Source of the DNA: Nemertoderma westbladi
Lineage: Eukaryota; Animalia; Xenacoelomorpha
Direction: 5' to 3'
Assembly: GCA_032718475.1 (NCBI GenBank)
Contig: JAUCBJ010007050.1
Location: forward strand, 16,011 to 80,010
Length of the DNA: 64,000 nt
Shown piece by piece: positions 47,950 through 60,700 of this stretch. The notes under the pieces were generated by a model that worked only from the letters and a program-made list of their open reading frames with translations, was not told the origin of the DNA and made no database searches. Every line of letters begins with the position of its first letter. Position 1 is the stretch's first letter. The position numbers and the translations under genes are program-made.

Positions 47950-50900
47950 ATGTCTGACACCCAGCAAAACCTGTCAGACAGTCTAATCGATACAACCATC
48001 TGTGACACAGATAGGAGTGTGGAGCGATTAAGAAAGGGGTTCAGCTCACCTCCTACTGAAAGAAAAGTCATCCCTCCAGTAGTAGTATCAGACCCTAGGC
48101 TAATCCAACACCGTAGGTCTATCATCGGCACTCGGGCCCAAGTCAAACGGAACCAGGAAGCAGCTGTCCAACAGCAGCAACATCCTAGTCAAGAAACTTG
48201 TTCCCAGCGACCCGATAGCTCCAGTAGTTCGGATACTGTAGAGCTGACCCCCGAACGCGGAGCGAAGATGGCGGATACGGTTTATGATGAGCGGCCAACT
48301 TATGAAGAATCAACCGACGCCACTTCTTCTCAAGTGGAAAGCGAAGTGGAAAGCAAAGTGGAAAGCGAATTAACAGCAGCAGAGAAGCCGCGAACTAGAG
48401 ACGCCATTGACATCTATCTGTCAGACTATCAACGCTTCTTAGGTGATGACGAGTTGAGGAGACGACTGGCTGGACTTCGCCCCAATAGTGAAGGAGCCAA
48501 GCTTGTGTTGGACTCAATCGATGCGGAAATGTTAGCTGCAAACCAAGCTAAATTTGATGAAAAACTCCGCCTCGCTAGAGTCCAAGAAGAACAAGTAAAG
48601 AAAAAACGGATAGAGGACCGAAAGGCAGCAGCAGTAACAGCGGCAATGGCAGAAGTAGAAGCAGAAAGAAAGGCAGCGGCGGCAGAAGTAGAAGCAGAAA
48701 GAAAGGCAGCGGCGGCAGAAGCAGAAGTAGAAAGAAAGGCAGCGGCGGCAGAAGCAGAAGCAGAAAGAAAGGCAGCGGCGGCAGAAGCAGAAGCAGAAAG
48801 AAAGGCAGCGGCGGCAGAAGCAGAAGCAGAAAGAAAAGCAGCAAAGGCAGTGGCAGAAGCAGAACGGAGAGCCTCTGAGGAGACTACCCAACTGGAGTTG
48901 GAAAATCTGCAAGAGACGCAAGACAACATAAATAAACAGTTAACTGCTAGTCACATGCAGATGATGAGAAGATCTACTCCCAAACGCCAGGGATACACAT
49001 CATCGGAGGAAAGCGAAACCACCGATCCTGAAGGCGGAGGAAATAGATCTCGTCTAAGCAGGCGTAGAAAAACATCTCACCGTCACAAATTGCCTGATTT
49101 GCCCCCAGCTGTTAGAAGACAACTAGCTAGCACAGACTTAAGTAGTATAGAACCTACAGACCAAATTATTAAGGTCAAAAGACTCCCTACTATAGTTGAT
49201 GAGCCTGAAATAATTAGGCCTGTCGTTCCCAAAGCCACTCCTGTGCTAGAGACCCCTGTACTTCCAGAGCTTAACTCTAAATTCCCTCTACACAGTACTA
49301 CACTGCCTGTACCCGGTAGAACAGTCCATGCGAATATCCCTGTCCTGGACACTGAGAGAGAAATCAAAGATTTGTCTCCTGTCGTCCCGCGTCGGCCCGC
49401 ACAATGTTGGCGACTCCCGCTTCGGCGGTCGAGTGGGTAGAGGAGGGACGGCGGGGGATGAATCTCCTGCTCGGGCAGATGCAGGAGACTGTCCACCAAC
49501 TCAAGGGAACATTAAGGGAAAGTAGGGTAGAATTGCAAGAAGTGCAGCAAAGTATCGCGCTAGAATGCGACAACTTAGTCAATACACAAAAGGGTATACC
49601 AATACCCCCTGTAACATTGTGTCAACCTGTTAGGTCTGAAGTATTACATGCGCAAGGTGTGGAGCCTAGACGCATCTATACTGCTAGTGAAGTAGAAACT
49701 CCTATAACAAACCCTATTAAGGGTGATTATAAACCTGTTGTTAATGATATTCCCTATAGACCTGATAATAATCCGAGAAATTCATATACCGATAATTCGA
49801 TATTAAATAACACGATGGCCCAAGAAAGCTTCACGCGTCAGATGGCTAGAACAGAAGCCCGCCAAGCGGTCAAAGTGGGAGAAATCGTCAAATTCAATGG
49901 AGATGAGATGAAATGGTTACCTTTCAATGAATATTACAAAGATAGCGGAGAGAAACTTAGATTCCTCATCAAGTGCTTGGAAGGACCTCCCAAGTTAATG
50001 GCGTTAAAGTTTATTGGACATCCAGATGGATTAAGACAAGTTTGGGACACATTAAACATCAGGTATGGTAACAAGGATAACATAGCTAAGTATTTGTATG
50101 CAAAATTAGTAGCCCCCCGAAACTTCCTTAGTAGCGGGATTATCGAGTTTTCCGATGAGATTCAGGAGATATGTAGACAATTGGACTGGCTAGGTAAGTC
50201 TCAGGAATATCAGAGTTCCATGGTTATTGGAGCAGTAGTCTCTACTTTACCAAAGGGTGGAGTATGTACACGCTGGGACAAGAAAGTGTTGTATATGAAT
50301 GAGCAGCAACGACGAAGCCCTACCATGGCTGATCTCATGTCCTTCTTAGATAGTGAAGTAAAATTACAACTCATAAAGCAGTCCAGAGAGAAAACATCGG
50401 AAAATAAGGTAAGTGAGAAACCCGTTTCTAGGAGAAGGATAATACCAGTGTGTTATACTGAGGACGGCGAAAGCCAAGCTTCTCAAGAAGAGGACAGCGG
50501 GAAAGACACAGCAAAATCTTACTATGACAACAAGACCTATAAAGACGTAAGTAAATATAAGTCTCGAACCAGTGACAGGAGAGAACAGGTAACAACAACT
50601 CCTCCTACGTCTCCTAAGAGAATTCACGGAAGAAAGCCCGAAGAAAGAACGAGAGTGCATAACGTTACCCAAGGTAAAGTGAGTAACATCAAACCAAAAT
50701 GTGCGCTGTGCGACGGGCCCCACCGTTTGAGTGCGTGTGCTGAATTTCTAAAGAAATCCCTTGTAGACAGACGTGCAGTCATGTGGGATAAGCGGTTATG
50801 CTATAATTGCCTCAGATCAGGACACCAATGGCGAACCTGTTACTCCGACGTAAAGTGTGCAAAGTGTGGCGCGAAACATCACATCTTGTTACACAGTGAG

Positions 50901-52133
50901 TTCGAACGAGACAACCCGAGTCAGGTAAGTGAGCCCGAACTACATGTCCAATTCAGTGATATAAATGACACTGATCAAGAGTCTGAGATGGAAGGATTCT
51001 ATACTGACGAATTCTCCGACGCCAACGAATCCTGTTACCTAATCAATACCGCGGTGTATCGAGCACTTACTTACGAAAAGGACACCGACAATGAGTTTCC
51101 CCCAACTACCTTTGACAGACAACCATCTTGGAAAGCTCCAACTTCCAACGTAGGAATCAGAGAATTTCCTGTAGTGCAGGTAAGAGTTCACGGTCCTACC
51201 AAAAGTTACATAGTGAACGCCCTCCTTGACTCCGGCAGCACAGGAACATTCATCGATCAAGAACTAGCCGAAGATATCTTTGCTGGACAACCCAAATTCC
51301 AAACTAAGTTGAATATGTCCGGAATTATGCAGGTTTGGAAATCTACCATAATGGCAGATTACTATGTAGGTGCGTTGTCCACCCCCCAGGATAAATTAGG
51401 AGCACAAAGTATAAGGTCAGTAAAAATGGTGGCTATAAAGAACTTCGCTACTACCCAAGTAGAACCTTATAACTGGGACGAGGACGAGAGCATCCAACAG
51501 CTTAAGATACCTCGATTCCAGACAGATTATCCTGGAGTGCAAATACTCATCGGCCAAAACGCGCATGAGGCGCTCGAGACATTGGAGAAACGGCCTGCTC
51601 AACCGCAGCCACTACAAACCTATGCGGTAAGAACTAGAGTAGGTTGGTACTTCACTGGCCCTTCCCGTAGAACTCTCAAAGAGAGATTACCTCAACAACA
51701 GGTATACCAAGTAAAGGAATGGGAAGTGGAGAGCAGTGATGTGGACGATACAACTGAAGGAACACCATACTCCTCAGATAATGACGATATTAACTCCAAT
51801 GTAGATCAATGGAGACATTGCCTTGGGACGATTAATCCAGCCGACATCGCTTCCAGAGGAGCAACTCCTCAAGAACTGATAGATACTCCAGGCTGGTTAG
51901 GTGGATCCGACTTCTTAAGTAAAGAAGAAGAAGAATGGCCTCCTCATCTTACCACGGCGGAGATTAGACAGGCCAAGGGAGCGGAGAAAGTAACACAACA
52001 ACTCAATCGCCCAGCTAGTCGTTTATGTTTACTGGAAAGAGACCGAAAACTGTCCGGAAACTATGGAAGGCAAGATACTCTTCCTACGACCACTTCCCTA
52101 ATCCGACAAATATCTAGGGACTCCATAACGTAA
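47950..52133 (+). pseudogene. gag: BEL/Pao Gag-protease plus in-frame pol vestige (copy 2), one frameshift near 49400
   Basis: ORFs 47950-49440 and 49404-52133; same motifs as copy 1; NPADIASRG and RPASRLCLLE in frame. Confidence 0.9.
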
Positions 52134-53761
52134 TAACATATGGAGTGGGCGTGTGACTATATCATTTTATATTTGTTTTTATTTTATATTTATGTATGTA
52201 TTATTATGTAATTTTATTATAATCGTTTTCTTTAATTTTATTTAGTAGAATGTTATTTTAGTGATTATTTAGTAGATTAGTGCAATATATTAGTGTTTAT
52301 TACGTACGTAATTACTTATAATATATATTTAGTGCGACGGCGAGAAATAATTATTTTTCTCTTTCCTTACTGTCCGTATCATATTATAAATACGTGACTA
52401 CAGTAAGATGAAATGTCCGTACTTATTAATAGTACAATAAAGCCACTACTATATTCAAGTATTATTGGTAGGCAGAGTATTAGGAATGCAAAGTTCAGAT
52501 CCTCATGTCTCGGCTAAACCAAGCTCTGGGTAGACCTTGGAAACGACTTGCCTCTTCACACTGACATTGCTTCGTGCGATATTGCTCTTCTACCTTATAT
52601 TAAATAATACATATAGTAGCGTGATGTCCCTCTAACAGTAGCGTAAAACGCAAATAAATCTGTTAAACCTTTGACCATCTGTAATTCTAGTCGATTAAGA
52701 TATCGCGGCACCCACCGATATACTTGAAAGACAAATTCTAGAATCAGTGGTTAACGTCCCCAGACAAGTTCTGGAATAAATCGGTGCCCATCTTAAATAT
52801 TAATTTAATATTTATTAAAATCTGTAAAATTCAGATCCTTCAAAATTTCTAGTCAATTAAGATATCGTAGCACTTACCGATACTCTTATAAGACAATTTT
52901 ACAGAATTAAGGATCCTAGGTCCCCAGACATGCTCTGGAATAAAATTGTGTCAATTTTACCATCAAATAATAAAATTCACGGGAATAAATTTAAATTCAT
53001 ATCTTAAATGAATTTCATAAATTGTCATTTGTGCAATTTATAACATTCCCAAAATTCCATTAATTAATAGATCATGGGAGCAGAGATTCATCCTATTGAG
53101 TGTATTAGAGTGCGAGAATCTCCAACATATAGTCAATAGCCGATAAAATTAATAAAATCATACATAAAGAGAATATTGACAATTAAAGAATTACTATTAA
53201 ATAGCATTCCAGATCTGTATGCATGAGAAGTACCCTAATTCTACCGCTAGCTTTCCATAATGTCACCATAGCAACACCCACACTAGAATTAGAAGCAAGT
53301 TAAAAGAACAATAGAAAGCTTGTCCCATTGCCTAGCATAGAGAATGCATAGCACACCGTTACTATCCAAGGATACACAGTAATAACGTGACATTCTGGAA
53401 GGCACTGACTAACGGACAAATGGCCTGTATGTGTACAATTGGTGACAGTTGTGTGGAATTTGTGCGTTTATAGGTGAATGTTGCTGCTAAAGTATGTTTA
53501 CAGTAGCTAGTCGCAATTGTGAAAGTAGCCCAACTCTCCTATAGAAAGAACCTAAAGTGGATTCAAGCCTTTGGGACGGACAGTGGAGTGACTTGTGCCG
53601 GTTATCGTTGTCGTGCTGTTGCTACATGTTGGCGTAAACACCGCGACGACGGTACATCGGCGCTGAGAATCCCACTGTCCGGGGGCAAAGAAAGGTAGGC
53701 AGCGACGCCCGCTCGCCTAAACATAAACTCATTATAATATTAATAAACCCAAATAGCAGAT

Positions 53762-55210
53762 ATGACGGAGTTGATAGAAGATGATCTTGGTATCAGGGAG
53801 CGATATACTCTACATTTACAAGCATTTGTGGATAGCTTGATACGCGGTGAAGCCGATCCAACCATTACGGAGGACGATGGTCGTTATATCGAACCGCCGA
53901 TGTCCCAAGAGCAACTTACGCGTGAATTGGACTATCGAAAATTCACCGCTCGCTATACGCATCGTAATGGTACGTATATGGACTTCCTAACTACCGGCCA
54001 TCCTATCGATTTACATGATACGGACGATGTAGACACCGAAAGGGAAATGGTTCTATTTAAATATCATACCCAGCGGAGTCGTAACGATAAACCGAGAATA
54101 GATCACGAAAATTCTATTCGTAACAGACTGGGAAGACGAACCAATATGCCTAGAATCTGAGGAGATTCAGCCTATCGCGCCCGGAACAGCGACAACGATT
54201 ACATCCTAGAATGGTATCAAGGTCCACAGTGTCTCACTGCGTACGATTATCGCCATGCCAACTATGTTTCTCGGCAATGTTGTCGGTTATGCGCATCGAG
54301 AGACCATGTTACGCCCATGGACACAAACGTCCGCTGTTCCTATTTCCACAAACAACCGGCGATGGAAATTTATTGCACGTATTGCAGACTCAATAACTTG
54401 CACATTTTTGCGGTTTGCCCTCAATTTATGACTCAATGTCACCATTGTCAACTAAAGGGACACGCCAGTTTCGATTGCCCTTTTAATCACGATTTGGAAA
54501 GCGTAGATGAAATGATCACACTACGTTACATCAGAGCTTGGGAAGCGAACGCTGATTTACATTGTGATTCACGCCATCGCTATTATCCTGGACACGCTTA
54601 CGAAGGAGTTTATGCGTTCCATCCTTATCTATTCGCTTCTGTCGAACAGAAATCACGCATATCGAGTTACGAACTACTGAAGCGCGTCGGAGAATGTATT
54701 TCGGCCAAGTTCGTATGCAAATTTCTCAGGAGTGTTAATCCTAGCGACTTTCATTCATATAACCTAATCAATTTTATCCGTCAGGATCCGGACTATGGAG
54801 ACTTATTTTTTAACTCACACCCCGAGTTACAGGAAGTATATCGACGGCCTTACGAATACCGAGCCCGCGAACGCGAGTTGGAAAGAACCATTAAACCCAG
54901 GAAGTTTCTGACTGCCTATGGTTCACCCACGACTCTCGTTCAGACCACTCGTAAAGGACCCGTAAGAGCGGCCATCCTAAAACACGCTCTAAGGGCCGTT
55001 AGACCCCTCTCCCCCGACGTTGATGTCAACCAACCCGGCACTTCGACCGGCGGATACACCGACCATAATCCTACACCCTCTGATGCAATCATATTGCACC
55101 CTTCACCCAGGAGTTATAGCCCTCCTTGTAAAGTGGCTCGCCCCAAAGAGAAAAAGACTCTGGCTAGCTTTAAAAAACTGCGTAAACGCTGTCCGCGCAA
55201 GAAAGACTAA
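53762..55210 (+). CDS. Accessory ORF (~482 codons, one in-frame TGA at 54158) with three Cys/His knuckles and a basic C-terminus
   Basis: ORFs 53762-54160 and 54317-55210 share a frame and the gap is open; CRLCASRDH..C, CTYCRLNNLHIFAVC, CHHCQLKGHASFDC; tail KKLRKRCPRKKD. Confidence 0.7.
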
Positions 55211-55288
55211 CTGTTTAGAGTATTTACGTATATTAGAAACTGTGATTTTTGTATATTTATAGACTTGAATCCCATTTTCTGGGAGCGG

Positions 55289-56466
55289 TGTAAAAGCTTT
55301 TGCGGATATAATCAGTCCCCTCGCCCGCAAAGTACCGTTATAGGTGTTTTAATGGACATAAAAGTCATTCTTCTATATGTGTGCTTTGGCGGACATGGCA
55401 AGGCATAAAACCCGCAATGCATCAAATACTCTAGCACAGTATAGCCTTGATGATTCAGATTACGACATCTAACAGCTGGTTGCTGGCATGGAAACGGCCA
55501 TTGGACACATGGTTCTTTGTTTAGCTTAACAGCCAATCAGGGCGATTTTTACTGTCGATGTGGAGATATTCTACAGATCGTGCTAGGAGTGTTCAGTCTT
55601 ACTGTTTTCTTGTTATAGTTGTGTTGTTTCTATCTAGGCCAAGAACACCGGCTCTAGAGTCAATTCGTTTCAGACTTTTAGTAAAACATTAGTAGGCGTA
55701 GATTATAGAACGTATAACTGTTATCGCCATAATTATCAACTAACCAAACAATATATCATATCTTAACCTACCGTCTTAATGCTATTTACTGTTGTTATTA
55801 TTTGTATCAGTTGGTTGAATATTATTATTTGGAGAACATCTATAAAGAACCCAAATTTCCCAATTTTCTTGATACACTACAGGTTAGAGAGACAGGATAC
55901 ATATAACAATTGCGACTTATGTTATCGTGGTTTGTAGTGAACCTAATGCTATTTGATAGGCACTACATGAGTCAATTGCTGTTCTCTTTATGTGTGATCA
56001 AATTCATTGACGGTCAGCAGATAAGTGTGCAGTATTGTGCGGGACCGGTAGTGTGTATGATTGTGGCTGATAACAAAGCATTTCCTAAAGAATGCGCCTT
56101 ATACGTGAAACATAAGCCTTACCGTTGTGTGTAGTATAAGTCATATCTCTGTTTACCTAGATAGAGCGCCACGTCCTAAAGGAACTGTTAATATTTCCCG
56201 AAAGTGAATAATATTAGTCAGAAATTATTTATTAACGATCAATCGAATAATACAGTAGGCTTCACTGCAATAATAAAATCTAAGCCCTCCGAATCCAGTC
56301 TCCCGGGTATATCCAGCGGGTGAATGGACGCGCACTAGGCTGGCTTCGGCTAATGTTGTGTTTATTGGTATTAAATACTTGTCATTTACTAAAAGTCTAT
56401 TTATAAACCAAAAGACATATACATTTTAGCAGGTTAAACTGCTAAAGGTCTTCAAAAGCGCGTACA
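55289..56466 (+). repeat. Putative 3' LTR of family B copy 2 (~1.18 kb)
   Basis: gggagcgg then TGTA...TACA; 3' half clearly homologous to 46005-47263. Confidence 0.65.
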
Positions 56467-56769
56467 ATGACCATGGTCAATGACCACCCCGTGGTTTTAT
56501 GTTATAACTCTGAAACAAACATAGTTGGGAATCTGAAATTTTATGACTTTTCCTAAAAGTCTATTGTCTTCCTAGTAGTGAAAACGGTTTTCAAAAATAT
56601 TGAGTAGTTTTCGAGTTATAGCACCATTTTTAACCCTACTTTTGGCACTTTTTTTGAGACGTTTTTTGAAAATTATATTTCATGAAATATGATTTGTAAC
56701 ATCGCTAATTTAGATTTACACCGAATCTTTGGTGTTTGCAATTAGATGGAATTCATATAAATTAATTTA

Positions 56770-57310
56770 TAAATTTTAAACTTGTATTTTTCGGCGGGTG
56801 CCAAATTTTGGTGCCAGCACCAAATTTTGAAATATGCCAATTTTGTAAATTGATTGTTTGGACATGTTTTTTGCGCAATAGTGTTTTTTGGGTTTCTCGT
56901 TTCGATTGAATATATACGAGTTGCACCAGCCGTATCAAACTTGTATTTTTCGGTGCTGTGGGCAAAATTTGGTGCAAGCACGAAATTTTGAAAATCTATT
57001 CAGTAGTTCAATTGCTTGAGACAACATATTTCCTGCGTTTTAGAGGTTTATGGCGGTTCTGAATTCAATGGAATAAATAATTATCTAACTAGACATCTCA
57101 AACTTGTATTTTTCGGAAATGGTTGCAAAATTTGGTGCTAGCATTTTGAATACTGTCAAATACTGTATATCAATCGATTGATTGTGTCACCTTTTTTTTG
57201 CGTTATGCGGGTTTTTGAGGGTTCTGAAATCAATGGAGTAAGTAAAAATTGCATAAGAGTTTTCAAATTTGTATTTTTCATCAGTGGATGAAAATTGCTG
57301 TGCCAATAGT
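56770..57310. repeat. Degenerate ~160-bp tandem satellite, ~3.5 copies
   Basis: aaacttgtatttttcgg...aaattt(t)ggtgc at ~56778, 56937, 57100 and 57265. Confidence 0.75.
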
Positions 57311-57394
57311 TTGTACATTGTAGTTGCCGAATGTTTCAGATAATTGCAGATAGTGATTCCTGATAGTCCATTTTAACTTCCAATTGAGGGAAAG

Positions 57395-57590
57395 GAGCAG
57401 GTTACAGAGATGGCTTTTCTAACCAAAACAATAAACGATGTTGTTACCAATTTAAGGTAAGAAGCAGGTTACAGAGACGGCTTTTTCTAACCAAAACAAT
57501 AAACGATGTTGTTACCAATTTAGGGAAAGAAGCAGGTTAAAGAGACTGTTTTTTCGAAGAAAAACATCAAACGATTTTGTTAACAACATC
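57395..57590. repeat. ~67-bp tandem repeat x3
   Basis: agcaggttacagaga...aaaacaataaacgatgttgttaccaattt. Confidence 0.85.
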
Positions 57591-57741
57591 GTACATAAAA
57601 ATATTTTTTCCTATCTGGTTTATTTATTCACTGGCGCTTATATCCTGTAATATATTATTAACCGGGAGTTTATTTCATCTAATATGATGTATTTAATCAT
57701 TAAACAGTTTAATTCCGAATTTAACTTTTAAATTAACTAAA

Positions 57742-60700
57742 CTACTACTACTAAGTCGAACGAACTCGGACAGTGGAACTGAGATCCTTCCAGGCTTCCC
57801 GATTCTCCATAGTTGTCGCAATTTCGTTTCTCCGAAGTTCAGTCTCCCTTTCAAGTTGATCTATATATATGTTATGGCCGGTCGTCCATGACTACGCTTT
57901 CCATGAGTTGGTTGCCAGAAAAGTAAATCTGGTACGACCTCGTCTTTACTTCGCCAGCAGTGCCCACTGAATCTTAATCTGTGTTCACGGAGGGTGGTTG
58001 ATACAGGTGGTATTGTACCATAAAACTCGGCATTTGTCATGTGTTGTCTCCAGCTGATGTTTTGGGCTGCCCTTAGTAGTCTTGTGTAGCAATCATCAAT
58101 TTAGTCAGTGTCCAGGTCTCACCCCCATATAAAAATACACTTTCCACTGTGGCTCGAAAGAACTTAGTTTTCAGGTGCCTGGAGAGATCTGATTTCCAGA
58201 TGGTATCCATTTTTGATAGAGCTACCAAAGCCTTTGCTTTCCTAATTTCTATGTCCTTTTTGCTACTCTCTATCCATGATCCAAGTTACTGGAAGTCGTC
58301 AACCTTCCTTAGTTGATTATTATCAATGGTTTTCAAGTTTCCATCAACATTAAAAGTCATGAATTTGGTCTTGGTAGCATTTATATGCAATCCAACCTCC
58401 TTATGTATGTATTTATAGACCAAAGGAAGAAATAAATAAACAAACATTACTGATTACATAAAACATATAACTATTTCGTCCAGGGAATATAACGCTCTAA
58501 GTAGGTAAATTACAATAACAAATGAATAATATAAATAGAAATTGTTCGAAATAATCATTGACATCAGATATGTAAATAAATTAATTGCCCAAAATAATCA
58601 TCAAATTGTCATGGTAGTAAAAAACAATACCCAGCAAAAACAAACTTACAAAAAAAAAACACGATCCAAAGATGCATTAAGTGTAGGGCGGGGGCTGGGG
58701 GTTAGACAGCAAACTGACAAAAAAGTTCAAAAACTAATGATTAAATTATCATCATTTTGTGTTAGGGATAGTTTTACGATGGCGAAGCATCTTAGATACG
58801 AAAGTTGGTGCGTTCTTAATTTTTAGAAGAATATGTGCAGGTGCGCTGAGAACCGTTTCCCCAGTAAACTCTTTACGAATATTTTCGTAGAGTGGGATGC
58901 ATAGTTTATGAGATCGACCGACTGGTGCATGCAATTGTATGCGTCAGGTCTTGATAGGGTGGGGTTTAGCTGGAGATACGTTACATATTTAGACCGGCCT
59001 TGCGCCGCTTTATCCTTGATAGAATTACGAAGATAATTCATTGACGATTCAATAATGTCCTTGTAGGTCAAGGAGGTTAATTCGTTAATATAGTTACAGA
59101 AAGGGGACTTTAGTTGCATAACGTGATGTAGTGGTGAACCACAAAAATCTTTATTCGATTTAATATGTTGAATAGCTTTCGCAGCCCGCGCCTTGACAAG
59201 ATCTTTTAGCAGTGGTCGGTTGAGTTCGATATATATCATCTCGTTTGGAGTTGATGATTGACCCCAAGTATAGTTTTAAGAACTTTGCGGTATTTGATTT
59301 CTAACTGATTTAGGTTTATGTTACCCCATGCTTCTCAGTTATACAATATGGCGTTGGAAAGACAACCATCCAGCACCAATTCCTTAATTTTAAGCGGCGC
59401 ATTACAATTTTCTCGGAGGAATGCAAAGTACTTTGCGAAATGTTTTTGTTTGTGGTTGAAGTTGTCGGCAAACATATATTTGAGATTACCAGAGGAGTGC
59501 AGACTGGACTTCACACGATGAATATTCAACACTTCCACATTTCAGCTGTATTGGCTGCTTGTCTTCCCTACTGTTTGTGCACAGAAATGCACATTTTGTT
59601 GGATTAAGTGTGATGAAATTTTGATTGCAAAACGATTCCAGTATAGCGAGTTTCTGAAGCACCAGATGGCGCAATGTTGCTAGGATGATGGAATCGTCGG
59701 CGTGGAGAAGAATATGGATATTGTTTAAGTAGTCATCATGATACAAGTTATTAAATAACGTTATTAGGCCAATAGTATAGGCTACAAATAAAATTGGACT
59801 CGATGGGCCACCTTGTCTTATTCCACACATAATTTCGAAGACCTCAGAATATTCTGAGCCAAATTCAACAACCACTTTAGAGTTCATGTACATACCGATC
59901 AATGCAAACAAAAGTACTATTCCACATCCCATTGAAGCAAGCTTTACAAACAGTTGTCGGTGACTAATTCTATCGAAAGCAGCTGTAAAATCCGTAAGAA
60001 TAATATAAAGACGCTTTTTATGAGTTCTTGAGTAATCTAGAAGTAGCTTCACGGTTAGCACATGAATCAGGCAACTTTTGCCTTTCTGATAGGCAGATTG
60101 GTTCGAAGGTATTTTTAACCAGTTGGTAAGCCTGTTGCACATGATGATATCGTACAGTTTTGCAAAGGTTGGCATCAATGTTATCCCACTCACGAATTTA
60201 GGGAGTTGCAGTTTACCCTTCTTAGGGCTGCCATTTATAATGCCGAGCCAGCATAAAGGATAACAATGGAGTCCGCCGCTAAATATAAGGTTAAATAAGA
60301 CAAGTAGATATGGAAGTATCAAAGGTAACTGAGTTTTCACAGTTTGCGCTTGGAGGCCATCCGCAGAGCTGCTGGAGTTTTTCATTGTATTAGAAGCACT
60401 TTGTATCTCTTCAGCCGTTATTTCATGGTCTGTAGTTTGGTTGTATTAACGGATATTATCGAGGATACATTCTGCATCATCAATGTTTCCCAGAGTTTTG
60501 AAATGTTTAGCCAGGCTTTCAACTGAGACATTGAGACAACTTGAGATTGGTTACTTTGAATGTATCTTCCTTTAAAGTCAATAGCGTTCCATAATTTGCG
60601 GGAATCCGCTGACTTTAAACAATCAACCCAAATGTTGAATTCATTGAGCGTAACGGATATTATGTAGTCCTTTTGGTGTACTTCAAGTCGAGTCGGTGGA

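Larger units (their letters stand above)
47276..56466 (+). mobile_element. BEL/Pao non-autonomous element family B, copy 2
   Basis: Homologous to copy 1; starts 12 bp after the copy 1 LTR with no recognisable PBS. Confidence 0.85.
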
